A stretch of DNA of 62,390 nucleotides, the filler included. It is 10 parts of 10 records of this genome, joined end to end, with 100 filler letters (N's around TTAATTAATTAA, not from the genome) between each part and the next. Parts side by side here need not be neighbours in the genome. Positions count along the whole stretch, not along the records: positions 10,292 to 15,943 come from SRR9670534_1135; positions 16,044 to 20,097 come from SRR9670534_1142; positions 20,198 to 24,887 come from SRR9670534_1144; positions 24,988 to 32,100 come from SRR9670534_1150; 6 more parts are not named here. One strand, 5' to 3'. Position numbers and translations under genes: made by a program. Below, one piece after another: positions 13,301 through 25,567 of the stretch. Each line of letters starts with the position of its first letter. The stretch's first letter is position 1. The notes beneath the pieces are model-generated. The model saw nothing but the letters and a program-made list of their open reading frames with translations, was not told where the DNA came from and made no database searches.

Positions 13301-14394
13301 GTTTCTTTCCAACTTTCAAATTTGCATTCGTCTATTTTACTTTCATAATAGCGTTTGTATGCATAATAAGCTTCTTTCTTTGTTAGATTGGTTTTATCCT
13401 TCTGAAAAGTTTTTCTCAACCTGTTGATTTCTGTTCTCATTGGATCCAATTCTCTGGACCACCAGGGGACCCGTCTTTTAATGGTCTGTTTGTGGTAAGT
13501 ACAGTCATTCTACACTTTGATTAACAATGACGTGAAGTCAGACATTTGTTTTTCAGCTTGAGAAAGGCATTGATTTTCTTGGTGAAGTTGGGGAAATTCC
13601 GCAAACTTTTGCTCCAAAATCTTGTGAAATCTTGACCAGTTAGTATAATGTGGATTCAAAGGAGGACGTGAAGAAACAGAGGAATCAGTTCGTATCAAAC
13701 AGTGAACAAAATTGTGGTCAGCATTTGACACTTCAGCATCAACTCCCCAAAAAGTGAAATCCAGCTGACGACCAATGATGGTTAAGTCGATCACGCTTGA
13801 ACCACCAGCATTCTCAAAGGTAACTTCTCCTTTTCCATAGATATTTAAAATATCGAGGCTATGACGGTTGCAATAATCAATAACAAAATCTCCCCGTGTG
13901 TTGGAGATTCTGTCATGCCAAATACTGTGGCGAGAATTAAAGTCTCCCATTAAGATGACCCTTCCTTGTTTGAATAATTCGTGTTCAGCAAGGCCATCAA
14001 GTACAGGGAAATTCTTCCAGTTCCCATCAGCATACAGGGAGACAATTAGAATAGAATCAGTTTCGTTTAATGAAAGAATAGCCACAGTTCGATCTGTAGT
14101 GGAGAGTTCTGTAGAAATTTTCGCTTTTAAATTTTTGCGAATGAGAAGCATAGCACGCGTAGCTTTGTCTTCTTCTTGAACATGAAATACGTTGAATTGT
14201 GAACGAAAATCCATAAATGTATCAAATGTCTTGTTAAAGTAGGGCTCTTGAATACTAAATATATCTGTGCGAGTAAGAATACGAGAAGCTGCAAGGGTGG
14301 TAATGGCATTAGCTTTATGTTGAAGGTTAACATGAGAAAGACATAAAGTATAAGGTTTTTCTGCTTGTCCTTTGTGATTATTATTACGGCCCAT
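10387..14394 (-). pseudogene. LINE ORF2 (endonuclease, RT, RNase H, zinc knuckle) interrupted by three in-frame TAG codons
   Basis: The four track ORFs share one frame. Motifs: QEP, GDFN, SVIDL, ADH (EN); YRPISLL, SQG, YADD, FLGV (RT); FTDGS, GELTA, SDS, HKGIAGNEAAD (RNase H); CKCG..ETSEHFLFHC. TAG codons are at 13510-13512, 12703-12705 and 11761-11763. Confidence 0.9.
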
Positions 14395-15781
14395 AATCCA
14401 ATGTTGAGGCTAAGAAATTTTCTCTAATAATTGCAGCTTTGCATTCATGATACTGTCTCGTATTGTGTTGTGTTGGAGCATGCAAATGCGGGTATTCTTT
14501 GTTAAGTGTTATGCAATTCACACATTGCCAGTACGAATGAGCCCTGGGGTCACTATGACGGCATGAATCAGATCGGTGATTGCCACTGCAATAGCCACAA
14601 ACCTCTTGATTATTGCAGCTGTCACTATAATGTCCAAACTTTTGGCACCTATAGCATTGAACCAAATTGAAGTAGGAGCTAGTTCTGATAGAAATACCAT
14701 CAACATATAATTTATCCCCTGCTTCAGCAAGTACTTCACGAACCGGGAAACTCGCTTCAGCTATCCAATGGTTATACCAAACCTGCTCACTTTTCTGCTT
14801 TAATTTATACAATAAACGAAAGTTACATACATGCTGTTGACCAGTCAGATCATCCTTACGACGTGATTCTTGCTCCATCTGTTCTACCTTTTGCATCACA
14901 GGATTCTGTGCATAAAGAGCTTGTTCAATTTCTTCCATAGAATATTCCTTTGGAACAAACTTTAAAATTAACTTGGGCAATTTCTTTGGAGCAGGGCTGA
15001 CGCACCAGTGTTCTCCGAATTCTTTGTCTGCCTTGAGCACTGCCAAAGCTTTCTCAGCACTGGACTTGTTGGCAAAAACAATTGCAATTCCATCGTAATT
15101 TAAAGCTTTGAAAAAATCAATTTGCAGCTTGTTCTCTCTTGGTTTGATATACGATAGCATAGCCTCTTTCATTTCTTTCATTTGCTCTTTATTATACCTA
15201 GAGGGGTCGCCCTTGGGAAAAGCTAGGTCAAGTTTCATTGAGACATCGTAAACCAGTAATGTATTAGACGTATTCTTGGGAGTTGGACCTGCATCAATCT
15301 TTTTAGTGAGAGCAGAAGGTGGCAAAATATCCCATGGTTTACTTGCTGTGACTGTAGCATATGACTTGCCCATGTGTGAAGAGCCATTCACAGTTGTGCA
15401 TGGCAATTGTTGTGCTTGCTGGTTACGTAATTCCAGATTATCCTCCTTTTGTTGAACTAACAGGCTTTTCTGCTTCAAACCCCAAATTGCCATGTTTAAG
15501 AACAAATTCTTTGCTTGTGGTGCCACAGTTTTGACCTTTTTTTCTTGATGAACCGTTACAAATTTAGGAATATCTTTGATATACTGATTGAGATCATCAT
15601 TGCCTAGTTTCTTGAGAGCTTTGAACAGAACTTCCGTTTCTTCTTTGGAGAGAGGAAACTTTGCATTTTTACCTGCCAGGTATGGTATGTTGGAGATATT
15701 ACCATCGTCATCAGCAGGATCTTTGGTATCTTCAGCAATGTTTGGCTGGGAAATAACAGTAGAATTGAGATCATCAGCCAT
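14384..15781 (-). CDS. LINE ORF1, gag-like protein with three CCHC knuckles
   Basis: Knuckles CYRCQKFGHYSDSC, CGYCSGNHRSDSC and CVNC...H...C. First ATG is at 15781 and the ORF overlaps the ORF2 start by 11 nt. Confidence 0.9.
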   Translation of the reverse strand: MADDLNSTVISQPNIAEDTKDPADDDGNISNIPYLAGKNAKFPLSKEETEVLFKALKKLGNDDLNQYIKDIPKFVTVHQEKKVKTVAPQAKNLFLNMAIWGLKQKSLLVQQKEDNLELRNQQAQQLPCTTVNGSSHMGKSYATVTASKPWDILPPSALTKKIDAGPTPKNTSNTLLVYDVSMKLDLAFPKGDPSRYNKEQMKEMKEAMLSYIKPRENKLQIDFFKALNYDGIAIVFANKSSAEKALAVLKADKEFGEHWCVSPAPKKLPKLILKFVPKEYSMEEIEQALYAQNPVMQKVEQMEQESRRKDDLTGQQHVCNFRLLYKLKQKSEQVWYNHWIAEASFPVREVLAEAGDKLYVDGISIRTSSYFNLVQCYRCQKFGHYSDSCNNQEVCGYCSGNHRSDSCRHSDPRAHSYWQCVNCITLNKEYPHLHAPTQHNTRQYHECKAAIIRENFLASTLDYGP

Positions 15782-16292
15782 AAAAACCCACAGATTCCTT
15801 ATGGAAAGTGGTTGAATACGAATTAAGAGCACTACTTTGGACGGAGGTAGTGGTAAAAAAGAAAATTAATCAGAGGGCTATTGAAAGGGGCGGCCAGGTG
15901 AGCGAAGAAAATGAGGGTTTGGTCAATTCCTTCGATGCCGCTANNNNNNNNNNNNNNNNNNNNNNNNNNNNNNNNNNNNNNNNNNNNTTAATTAATTAAN
16001 NNNNNNNNNNNNNNNNNNNNNNNNNNNNNNNNNNNNNNNNNNNTGAATTTGAATTTGATTTGACCAACTCTAACTTATAAGATACTTGACTATTATTATT
16101 GATTCAACAATACTAATTTATAATACTTACATGTTACATCATTACATAATTAGATTACAATAATTTGATAGTACAGGTATATTATACCTGGTATAAGCGA
16201 TTAAATGTTACTTACTAAAATCAACACTAATATATATTTATTAACTAAATGTATAATAATGATGATTAATTATAATTATGCTGCATGTTTAG

Positions 16293-16847
16293 ATTGACAA
16301 AGCAGGAACAGCAAAACTAACTGACATGGGATTTTGTAAGCCTTATGCTATGCTAAGTGGTAGTGTGGTAGGGACTCCAATTCACATGGCACCTGAAATG
16401 TTTTCAGGAGAATATAATAACTCTGTGGATATATATGCTTTTGGTATATTGTTTTGGTATCTTTGTGCTGGAAGTGTCAGAATGCCCTCCAATTATGAAC
16501 AGTTTCCTAGCAAAGATCATCTGTGGAGAGCTGTCAAAAGGGGTAAAAGACCAGAAAGATTGCCACATTTTGGTGAACTCTGCTGGTCACTGATGGAGGA
16601 ATGTTGGGCCAATGATCCATATTCTCGACCAGTTCCAGGTCATATCAAAGAAAAGTTAGAAATTATTTTTAACAAGGAGCATCCAGGTTCTAAACCGAAA
16701 CCAATTAACTATGGCTCACCTTTCTCTTCTTGCTCAGTAACATCTCCTTTTGGTGTGTCCAACACATCATCTAATTATAGACCTTATTCTGTTTACTTTA
16801 AATTTTCACCACCAGTTATCATTCTGACTCCACCAGACGGTCTGTAA
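16293..16847 (+). CDS. DSTYK: Dual serine/threonine and tyrosine protein kinase, terminal exon
   Basis: [59 protein letters not shown] matches DSTYK. Acceptor tttag ends at 16292. Confidence 0.92.
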   Translation: MDKAGTAKLTDMGFCKPYAMLSGSVVGTPIHMAPEMFSGEYNNSVDIYAFGILFWYLCAGSVRMPSNYEQFPSKDHLWRAVKRGKRPERLPHFGELCWSLMEECWANDPYSRPVPGHIKEKLEIIFNKEHPGSKPKPINYGSPFSSCSVTSPFGVSNTSSNYRPYSVYFKFSPPVIILTPPDGL

Positions 16848-17869
16848 ACAATAGTCAGATGTTTTTCTTTTTGAGATTTTTTGTAATTGAATCAATAATT
16901 CTAATAGAAATTCAGGACAATTAATTAGAATTTGTTACATTGATTTTTTAATTTCTTAGCTACTTTTTATAAATGGACTTTATTCTCATTATGACAACAG
17001 ATGTTATCACTCGAATTATGCACAATCATTTTTGTGGTAGTTTAGTAATATTATTACTGTAATAACACTATATAATATATATCTACTTAATAAAATCATA
17101 TCCATTAATAATGCTTTATAGGACTATCATGACTAATGATATACCACATAGACTCTGATGTATTTTACAATTCATAGTACATTAGATTTACTATCTGTGA
17201 TCCTGTAATAGGTAAACCATTCCTAACTACAATGTGAATAGTATACAATAATTGCATTTCTGTATATATTACTTATTTATTTTAAAAAATCTAGTTAAAC
17301 ATAATTTCTTGCAAAGTAGCCATAGTAAATGTTTATGTATACAACTATTTAATAGTATTTCTAATAGAAAATTAAATAAAATTTAACAAAAATTAGCATT
17401 GTAGAATTGTGAATAAGTTTAATAAAATTCAAGTTTATTCTAGAGTAATCAATTATATATAATAAAGTCACTTTACTATATCATACAATAAATAAGAAAA
17501 CTAGAGTTACTGATGTTCTTAAAGATAATTTTGTTTTTATTTATTAGTTTATATTGCTTATAAAGTTTAAACTTCAGTAACATAGGAACTCTTAGACAAA
17601 TGCCTTATTAAAATTTAATTTTGCCTTTACTGTTAATATTTTCTATAATTTTATTGCATTTTTATCACTAAATTTTTTTATTATGTCCTACTAGGCTAGT
17701 AAACTAGGCTAGTTTACTGAATTGTCAAAATAGGTAATTACTATATCTTTACTATTAATAAACTTAAATTACTTTACTAAGATTTTTAAAAAAAATATAA
17801 TTAACATTGTTATATTAATCTATGTATCTATAAGTATTAAATTTTCTATATTTTATATTTACAATTTAA

Positions 17870-18035
17870 ATTTATGAACTTTTTTAGATTAACTTTATTT
17901 TAACAAGATTAACTTTATTGAGGTTTTTTAGGTTAACTTTATTAACTTTAAGAAGAACTTTTTTGATATCAACTTTATTGAGATTAACTTTATTTAGATG
18001 ATTATTTTAATATGTAATATAGTTAACTTTACTTA
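17870..18035. repeat. Degenerate tandem repeat of (GA)TTAACTTT(A)TT units
   Basis: Several spaced copies of ttaactttatt are visible. Confidence 0.6.
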
Positions 18036-18110
18036 TTTTATTGAGGAAATTAGGTTAAATAAAAATGAAATAGACAATTCTGCTGATATAGATGATATAA
18101 TATGTATACC

Positions 18111-18230
18111 TATATATATTAATTTTTAATATTGATATAGGTATCCATATGTATTCTAGACATATGGATACCCATATCAATATTAATTTTTAATATTGAT
18201 ATAGGTATCTATATGTCTAGAATACATACA
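18111..18230. repeat. Nested inverted and direct duplication
   Basis: attaatttttaatattgatataggtatc occurs twice, with an inverted copy (gatacccatatcaatatta) between the two. Confidence 0.7.
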
Positions 18231-18768
18231 TTAGCTATGTATTTAATGTAAAGTAATTTGCTTATAGAAAGTATCATTATTGAATTTATTACTACTGATA
18301 TCAGTATTGTATTTTAATAAAATATATTCAATAGAAATACATACAGACTGTATGATACAGTAAGCCTTACTGAGTAAGGTCCTATTATACTGAACTGAAA
18401 AATCATAGGCTCAAAATTTGGTGTAAGTGGAAAGTTGTGATAAGTAGGAAAATTTATAGTGTGCGTGCGTATAGTTAGGTATACCTACAGGTACTTTAGT
18501 TAGGTAAATTAAAATAGGCATTACAATACAAACACCACAAGTTTTGCGTAGATCAGCCTCTTCTGAAAAGGAATGTTAGGTACATAGGTAATATGTACCT
18601 ATTAGCCTAATAGTGTTAGGTATGTTATGGCCCATAACATAACATTCCTTTTCTACGTTATTAATTGTGTTTTATTAGAAATAGGTAAATTATTACCTAC
18701 TCAGCATCAAAAGTTTTGATTCCAAACCAATTTAGAATTCAAATCTTATTTTATCATAAATCAGGGTG

Positions 18769-19962
18769 ATGTCTGACGAAGAAGGATCCGGTGAAGGCGA
18801 AGATGCATTTGATCAGGAGCAAGATGATTTTTTTCACGATGAAGATATTGACGAAAACTTGCAAGATGATTTAATGGTGTAAATTTTATAAGCTTACCTG
18901 TTAAATCCTATATAATTATTAATTACAGACTGTAATTTACAGTACATTGATGTTACATACCTACATTAAAATTTATGTCGAAGTATGTCGTCCTATAATT
19001 TATTTATACATGTGCATTCTACTGTACATGTGAAGGCCTACTTGCCAAACAATTGCTTAATTTAGTTAAACTTCGAGATAACGTACAAGGTAAGTACAGT
19101 AGAACGAAATTGACTACACGTTGTAGCTCTTTCCAGTCTTATGTACCTGACAATCGACAATATATGTATGTGGTGTTTAATAATTATTAGCTTAAGCTTT
19201 GCTTAGGTATATATACGTAAATTACGTAACGTAATTCTCTATGCTTGATAATGAGCGTTACCTATGTGCTCGAAATCGATCGCATGTTTTGTACAGTGAT
19301 ATGTAATAAAATTCGTTCTACTGTAATTACCGGACGTATTGCGAACTTCACATTGCGAAGGTCTACCTACTACGTAAACCATAAATTTCTTTATTTTGTT
19401 ATAAGTAATTTAGTAAATTAAATTTACATACGTATGTACATATAAATTACATATGAATAATGTGCGACATTGGTGTACAAATTGAGTATGTCGTAGCCTG
19501 CGTACTCGTAGGTACGTATGTACATTATTTATATACTACATAATACACAATATCCTACTGTAGAATACAATTTGTACACTGGTACCGCGTACGAAGCAAT
19601 GCTTCGGAAGCATAGACTATCTATAGTACGGTATGGCGTATTATAATATAGGTAAGTATGTATTCTAGAATGTCTACATATAGGTACATATGTGGAAAAT
19701 TACCACTGGTAATGTGTGTACCTAGGTAGTACTAAGGCTTCCTATAACAACCGTTGTTATAGGAAGCCTTGGTAGTACTTACTAAGCAATGCTTATCTGA
19801 TGTACAACTGTAGGGTGAAGATGGTGGAGGAGATGGAGCTCAAGTAATGACACAACAAGATGCAGCTGCACAACCTGGTACTAGGAAGGAACGAATAACG
19901 ACCCCATACATGACGAAATATGAAAGGGCGAGAATACTGGGAACGCGAGCATTACAGATATC
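18769..19962 (+). CDS. POLR2F: RNA polymerase I/II/III subunit RPB6, first two exons (partial)
   Basis: Acidic exon 18769-18876 and exon 19814-19962 with [24 protein letters not shown]. Confidence 0.95.
19732..19772. repeat. 41-bp hairpin element flanked by TA
   Basis: AAGGCTTCCTATAACAAC-c-GTTGTTATAGGAAGCCTT has perfect 18-bp arms and resembles 61494-61540. Confidence 0.8.
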
Positions 19963-20197
19963 GTATGATTTGATCACCACGTCCGTATTGAGTATATGTA
20001 GTACATATTATGTACCTACTCGTATACTATATTGAGTACTACCGTTACCAATGGTAACTTACTATTACCGCGACGATCCATAGTTACTGTGAGATACNNN
20101 NNNNNNNNNNNNNNNNNNNNNNNNNNNNNNNNNNNNNNNNNTTAATTAATTAANNNNNNNNNNNNNNNNNNNNNNNNNNNNNNNNNNNNNNNNNNNN

Positions 20198-20252
20198 TAA
20201 AAAAATCGTTCAAAGAATAAAAGCCCCGGCTTCTAATGGAATAAATACGGTA
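20198..20252 (-). mobile_element. pogo/Tc2-like (Tc1-mariner superfamily) transposon or MITE terminus
   Basis: Reverse complement reads TA-CCGTATTTATTCCATTAGAAGCCG, closely matching TA-CCGTGTTTATTCGATTAAACGCCG at the window end. The contig breaks inside it. Confidence 0.65.
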
Positions 20253-20337
20253 GTATACAGTAGGCAGCTAAGTAGGTGCCTATTTCTATCTATGGTATTA
20301 TTGCATGTGATCAATACATACTATGTATTACGTAGAT

Positions 20338-20412
20338 GCGTAGTATACATTAGGTACCTATTATGTAGTATACATTAGGTACCTATTATGCGTAGTATAC
20401 ATTAGGTACCTA
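20338..20412. repeat. Three tandem copies of a ~25-27 bp unit
   Basis: gtagtatacattaggtaccta(ttat) occurs three times. Confidence 0.85.
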
Positions 20413-21308
20413 GCTACTATTGAATGGCAAATAACCAATGCGAATATGTAGAGATTTGGCTAGGTGCATGATACGACGCCGAAAATTGCAACATTAGGTA
20501 AGTTCGGTAAGTTCGGATACTACTTATTTAGATGTGGAAAATGCAGTTTTGAAGCAGGAACAGGATACGGGACCTTGAATATAGCCATGATAGAATGTCT
20601 TGGGAATGTTAGTAGCAACTGATGTACTTAATACGATATAAAAAATACCTGTCTTAATGTAAAAGTCCATTACATAGATAATTACGTACAAATGTACGAT
20701 ATCTTTTGAAGGAATAAAATCAATATCAATGAAACCAATCGTTAATTTCGAATAGAACAGTAAAGGAAAATACTGCGTGTTAATGTTTAATAATGGAGGT
20801 AAACTAAAGCGCTTTGACTTCGCTTCTCAAGCTATTTAAATCTCACATCGAGTTTTATTGTAACAAAATCAAAGTCATATATTATAATGTATTGTATTCG
20901 AGTAACGTTTGTTAGGAAATAATACTTAATTTTAATTAATGCGCTTTCATCAAAATATGTATGTGGGTGCTAATTGTCAAATATGTGAAAAAATAAAGCC
21001 AAAATAATAAGGAAACTTATTAAAAAACAAAAAATACAGCTTCATTTTCTAACATTAGAAAACTCCCAATTGCAAATGATTTTGTATGTAGTTATCTATA
21101 TTCCACCAAAGTAGCATCATGTGTGAACTGAGCAAAAGAGATTCCATCATAATTTTACAAAATAATCACAAAAATATTTCGTTGACAAGAAAAATATAGT
21201 TTAATTTACATACTGAAGCTTAAACAAATGTGAAAAACTCAAGTGTATGGCATTATTGCCAACAAAAATGTGAAAAAATGCAAAAAAAAATACCTAATGA
21301 GAAGATGT

Positions 21309-23031
21309 TTATTTGTGACTAGGAAGAGGTGGTGATGCCTTGTGAAATTCGTCAAATTTAAGATCTTCAGGTGTAATTCCAGATCTCCTCATAACTGTTT
21401 CTATTTCAGCGACTGTCCACACTCTTGCTGATAAATCAGAGGGTTTCACAGAACTATGCATGAGAATGGTTTCTATACAAGTTGGTGAAAATTTCGGTAG
21501 GTAAATCTCATAAAGGTGTTGAGACATTTCTGATGGATTATTCTGAAAACATAAATCCGAGCATTTAGCTAATACCTCCACCAATTGTTCTTTGGTAGCT
21601 TTGTTTGTTCTTGGTCTGATGGAAAAACTTGGCATCTTTTCAGCGAGTAAGATGTTAGTTGGTGCTATGTCCTGACGGGAAACTTCACTGGGGTTTGGTA
21701 AAGCCCGACTTTTATGATATGTCTAAAGGAAAAAAGTTAATTTGAAATGTACACACTACGGTACCTAGAAAAAAAGCAAATTTTTGTTGTTAATGTCTGA
21801 AGCACTAAAACCAGTCTCCCTAGTCGGGCTACAAGCAAAAGTATGCACATGCTGTCATGGCGTACTTTTATTGAACGAACAAATATATTGCATGAAAAGC
21901 ACAGGATGGGACCATTTTGGAACGAACCATCAAAGAAAATAATGATGTACATATAATCGCACTTTTTTGGAAATTTAAAATTGCTATTTCTTTTGCGTTT
22001 TAATAGCGACATCTATATTATTTGTAAAAAAGAAAACCATCTATTGCTTTTCATGCACTAATTGATGAGAAATACCAATCAAATTGTCCTTAGGGAAAGC
22101 TCTTTTAGTGTTGCAGACGTTAAAAAGTAAATGTATATCTACCTTGACAGGATTTGGAAATGTGCGGGCCTTTCCAGACTGTTCAGGGCACCTCTCCACA
22201 TTAATGATAAAATCCATCATGTTAAAACGACGTAAAATCATGTTATGAGCAAATGCAAGAAATTTCATGATATGTTTTGTTCCGATTAAAGTCGGCTTTA
22301 TTTGGTCCTTGAAAAATCTGGCACCAGCTGTTTCAATTGGGCAAGTGCGTTTTTTCTCCATTCTTGCTAATTGACGTCGTTGATTTAACTGTTCCAAAGG
22401 AAGAACATCAGCCAAGCCAAGTTGATGACCAACGAATAATCTCCATTCCTGCCAAGACGTTAATGTTTTGGATTCTGCTGGGTATGATGTGGCCATTAAC
22501 AACATAAAGATACTCTTAGCATCGGCGTCCAAAAGAATTATACCATCAAATGGCTTCAACCCTACCAAAGCTTCAAGTGCTCTTCTTGCCTCGCTTAAAT
22601 CGGATAGTTTTAGAAGACGACGAACATTGATCATCGGATTGTTGGAAATATCGCAGCAGTATACCATTAAGGTAATGACAATCTCTGAAAGGCACCATCT
22701 TGATCGCCAGTTTATATTTATTTCTTCTTCATGCCAGCCGATAAAGCGAATAAAGGAAGGGGACTCTTTAACAATCGGATTATTCTGAATGAATCCTGGA
22801 ATGGTTACAAATGGAAAGTCGGTAGGCCAGATAACATAGGTTCCAGAGACTAAAATATAACCTATATGATACCTATTTCATCTCTCGTTAATATCTACCT
22901 ATTTCATGTCTGGTTAGTTCCTCAGCAAACAAAGTAAAAACATCATCATCATGATCATTTGGCAATTTGCAAGTTCTTTTCAGCTTAAACTGACCTAGGT
23001 ATCGGTCCTGATCAGCTGTGTTTCTTGCCAT
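21309..23031 (-). CDS. Multi-exon gene of unknown function
   Basis: ATG at 23031 follows tttag. The exon ending near 22899 splices in frame to the exon starting near 22849, which contains ORF 22041-22667. The last exon is about 21309-21722. Middle exon structure is uncertain and no family was recognised. Confidence 0.55.
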
Positions 23032-24988
23032 CTAAATTTTAAGCTACAGTATTTATTAGTACACAAATCTGCAATGTAGTACATTAATGATATGATAAGT
23101 ATGTATGGTACATAATGTACCTGCTACATTGTATTTACCATAACGTGTAATCACACGCGAAAATAGGCCGATCGGATTAATTATGGCACTTTTCTAGATG
23201 ATGATAATGTACAAACATTTTTTGAACCCGAAATGTTTATATGACTGCACTAGTTGTACAATAACATCTACTTCCATAATATAATAGCATTATGAAAATG
23301 ATAAATTTGAAAAGGTAAGAAAAAATGAGACTCATTTGTATGTTATGAAAATTGTGTAAAAGATAAGTATTATTTAAATAAAAAATGATAAACATATAAT
23401 TCAATCATTTATTTCATTATGTATGTACTATTGTTGAATGTGTAAACATAAAAATTAAAAGAAAAATTTTAGTGTTCAAAAATATTGAGTATGGTAAAAT
23501 AATGGTAACCTAAGTATTTAGCTATATTTCAGTCAATTACTGTAATATTGAAATGTTTTCAAAATCAGATTGAGACTATATATTGGTGAATAAAATAAAA
23601 ATGTATGTACCATAAAATCTTAAGAATTTATATAGTTACTTTTTATTATATTGTAGATTAATGCAAAATTAAAATATAATAGTTAAATTGTAGGATCAAA
23701 CAATTAATTTATGAGATAATAATGTAAATTATACAAAGGATATTTGAAATTATAATAAATATATAAGATAATTATGTTATAATATACAAGTATTGTTATT
23801 AAGAAGACTTCAATTTTTAATTTATTTGCTTATTTTAAAAACTGCTACTTCTTACAATATTCTTACAAAAGATTACTATTAATTTAATAAAGTACATTTT
23901 TTTAGACATTTCACTTAAGCGTAAAAACTATTTCAATTAATATTTTTAAACTTTGATTGAAAAAAAAAATATATTAAAAGAAGCTAATGTATACAATAAA
24001 TATATCATTCTAAATGACATATTAGTTAATTATTATAATTTTATGTTATTATTATAATAAATATTTTTTAGAAATAAATTTAAGTGGCATAATTTTAAAT
24101 TTAAGTTACTTATAACTCTTTTTATATCTTATTATATATTTGTTAATATATTTAAGATGACTGCGATAACAAACATAAAAATAATATAAAGCAATAAAGA
24201 ATTTTCACTATTTTTGATACTATGAAATGTTATTAAAAATTTTTTTTATTAGATTTTATTATTATTTATATTGCTTTGATTGATTATAGGGACAATTGTC
24301 ACATAAGTAGAACAAAAACATTGAAAAACTTTAGTAAACTGTTTAAAATGTTAATTTATAAAATAATATTTTACAAGAAAAAAATGTATAACACAAAAGT
24401 ATTATTAACAAAATACTAATAAGAAGATAAATAAACACTATAAATTAAGTTAACTATATGAACAAAATACTTATTTTTACAATGCTATGAATTTTGTTAA
24501 AAAAAGAAAATTTTTATGCTTAATTTTGTTAAAAGAAACACCTACTGCATTATCTGCATTTGTTTGGTTAATCATATCAAAAATTTAATTAGATATTATA
24601 AAGATATTGTTAATAAATCTAAAGTTAATGCAATTATTGTATTTAAAATAGCTAATAATATATCATATTTTTTTATAATATAGCATATATTTTATTATAA
24701 TATACAATATGTAATGAATATTAATATAGTTGTAATTAAATTTATTTTTTTATAATATTAATTCTTTAACTTCCAGTAGTTTATAGAAAATCTTATCTTA
24801 TAATAGACATATTTTTTTATAAAATAAACATATTTTGATTAATGTATAAAATTTACTATAAAAAAATGTTAGTATAAAATAATAAATNNNNNNNNNNNNN
24901 NNNNNNNNNNNNNNNNNNNNNNNNNNNNNNNTTAATTAATTAANNNNNNNNNNNNNNNNNNNNNNNNNNNNNNNNNNNNNNNNNNNNC

Positions 24989-25192
24989 GTAATCATTGAG
25001 CATGCGAATAAAATCCGAACGCTTTATGCCCATTGTTCTTCTTTAAATGTTGAAGTAGGAGATAAGGTACGAAAAGGAGATCTCATTGCATTTGTGGGAA
25101 TGACTGGAAGGACGACAGGCTATCATTTACATTTCGAATTAAGAGTGGATAATGTTCCTATTAATCCATTACCATTTATGCAGGAGTTTTAA
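24989..25192 (+). CDS. M23 family metallopeptidase, C-terminal fragment (bacterial)
   Basis: VIIEH..IRTLYAHCSSLNVEVGDKVRKGDLIAFVGMTGRTTGYHLHFELR..PINP contains the HxH zinc motif. It is absent from the ORF track. Confidence 0.93.
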   Translation, partial: VIIEHANKIRTLYAHCSSLNVEVGDKVRKGDLIAFVGMTGRTTGYHLHFELRVDNVPINPLPFMQEF

Positions 25193-25195
25193 TTT

Positions 25196-25519
25196 ATGGA
25201 TATTTGTTTTATTTCAGAAAAAAGCATTTTAAAGGGCGATTTATTTTATGAAGAAAAAGAAGTTCGCATTGACGGAAGAATTGAAGGAAATGTCCACGTA
25301 AAGCATGTATTACACATTTCAAAATCTGCCATTATCAAGGGAAAAATCGAAGCAAAGGAGCTTTATTGTGACGGAAATATAAAAGGAGAAATTCGTGTTT
25401 TAAAGATTCACCTTTATGAAAATGCGAAGATCCAAGGAAAACTTATCTGCAATTCATTAAAAAACGAATCGGGTGCTCAATTTAAAGGCAATCTCTTGGT
25501 GGGAAAAACAAAGAAATAA
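25196..25519 (+). CDS. Bactofilin (polymer-forming cytoskeletal protein, CcmA family)
   Basis: Repetitive beta-helix pattern RIDGRIEGNV..IIKGKI..CDGNIKGEI..IQGKL..GAQFKG. Confidence 0.9.
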   Translation: MDICFISEKSILKGDLFYEEKEVRIDGRIEGNVHVKHVLHISKSAIIKGKIEAKELYCDGNIKGEIRVLKIHLYENAKIQGKLICNSLKNESGAQFKGNLLVGKTKK

Positions 25520-25529
25520 AGAAGTTGTA

Positions 25530-25558
25530 TTGCTATTTTTCCACAAATAAGATAAAAT
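25530..25558 (+). promoter_or_regulatory. Sigma70-type promoter for argS-recA
   Basis: TTGCTA, a 17-nt spacer, then TAAAAT. Confidence 0.6.
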
Positions 25559-25567
25559 GGAAGGGTT

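Larger units (their letters stand above)
10292..15943 (-). mobile_element. Non-LTR retrotransposon (LINE), I group (R1/LOA-like) with RNase H; fills the whole contig
   Basis: A gag-like ORF1 is followed by an ORF2 with APE endonuclease, RT, RNase H and CCHC domains. Confidence 0.95.

Noticed and set aside
10387-14394. Host-wide TAG reassignment explaining the LINE stops
   Set aside because: Host genes appear to use TAG as a true stop (PAIP1 at 40968, TTBK-like at 41070), and no conserved host exon has an in-frame TAG.
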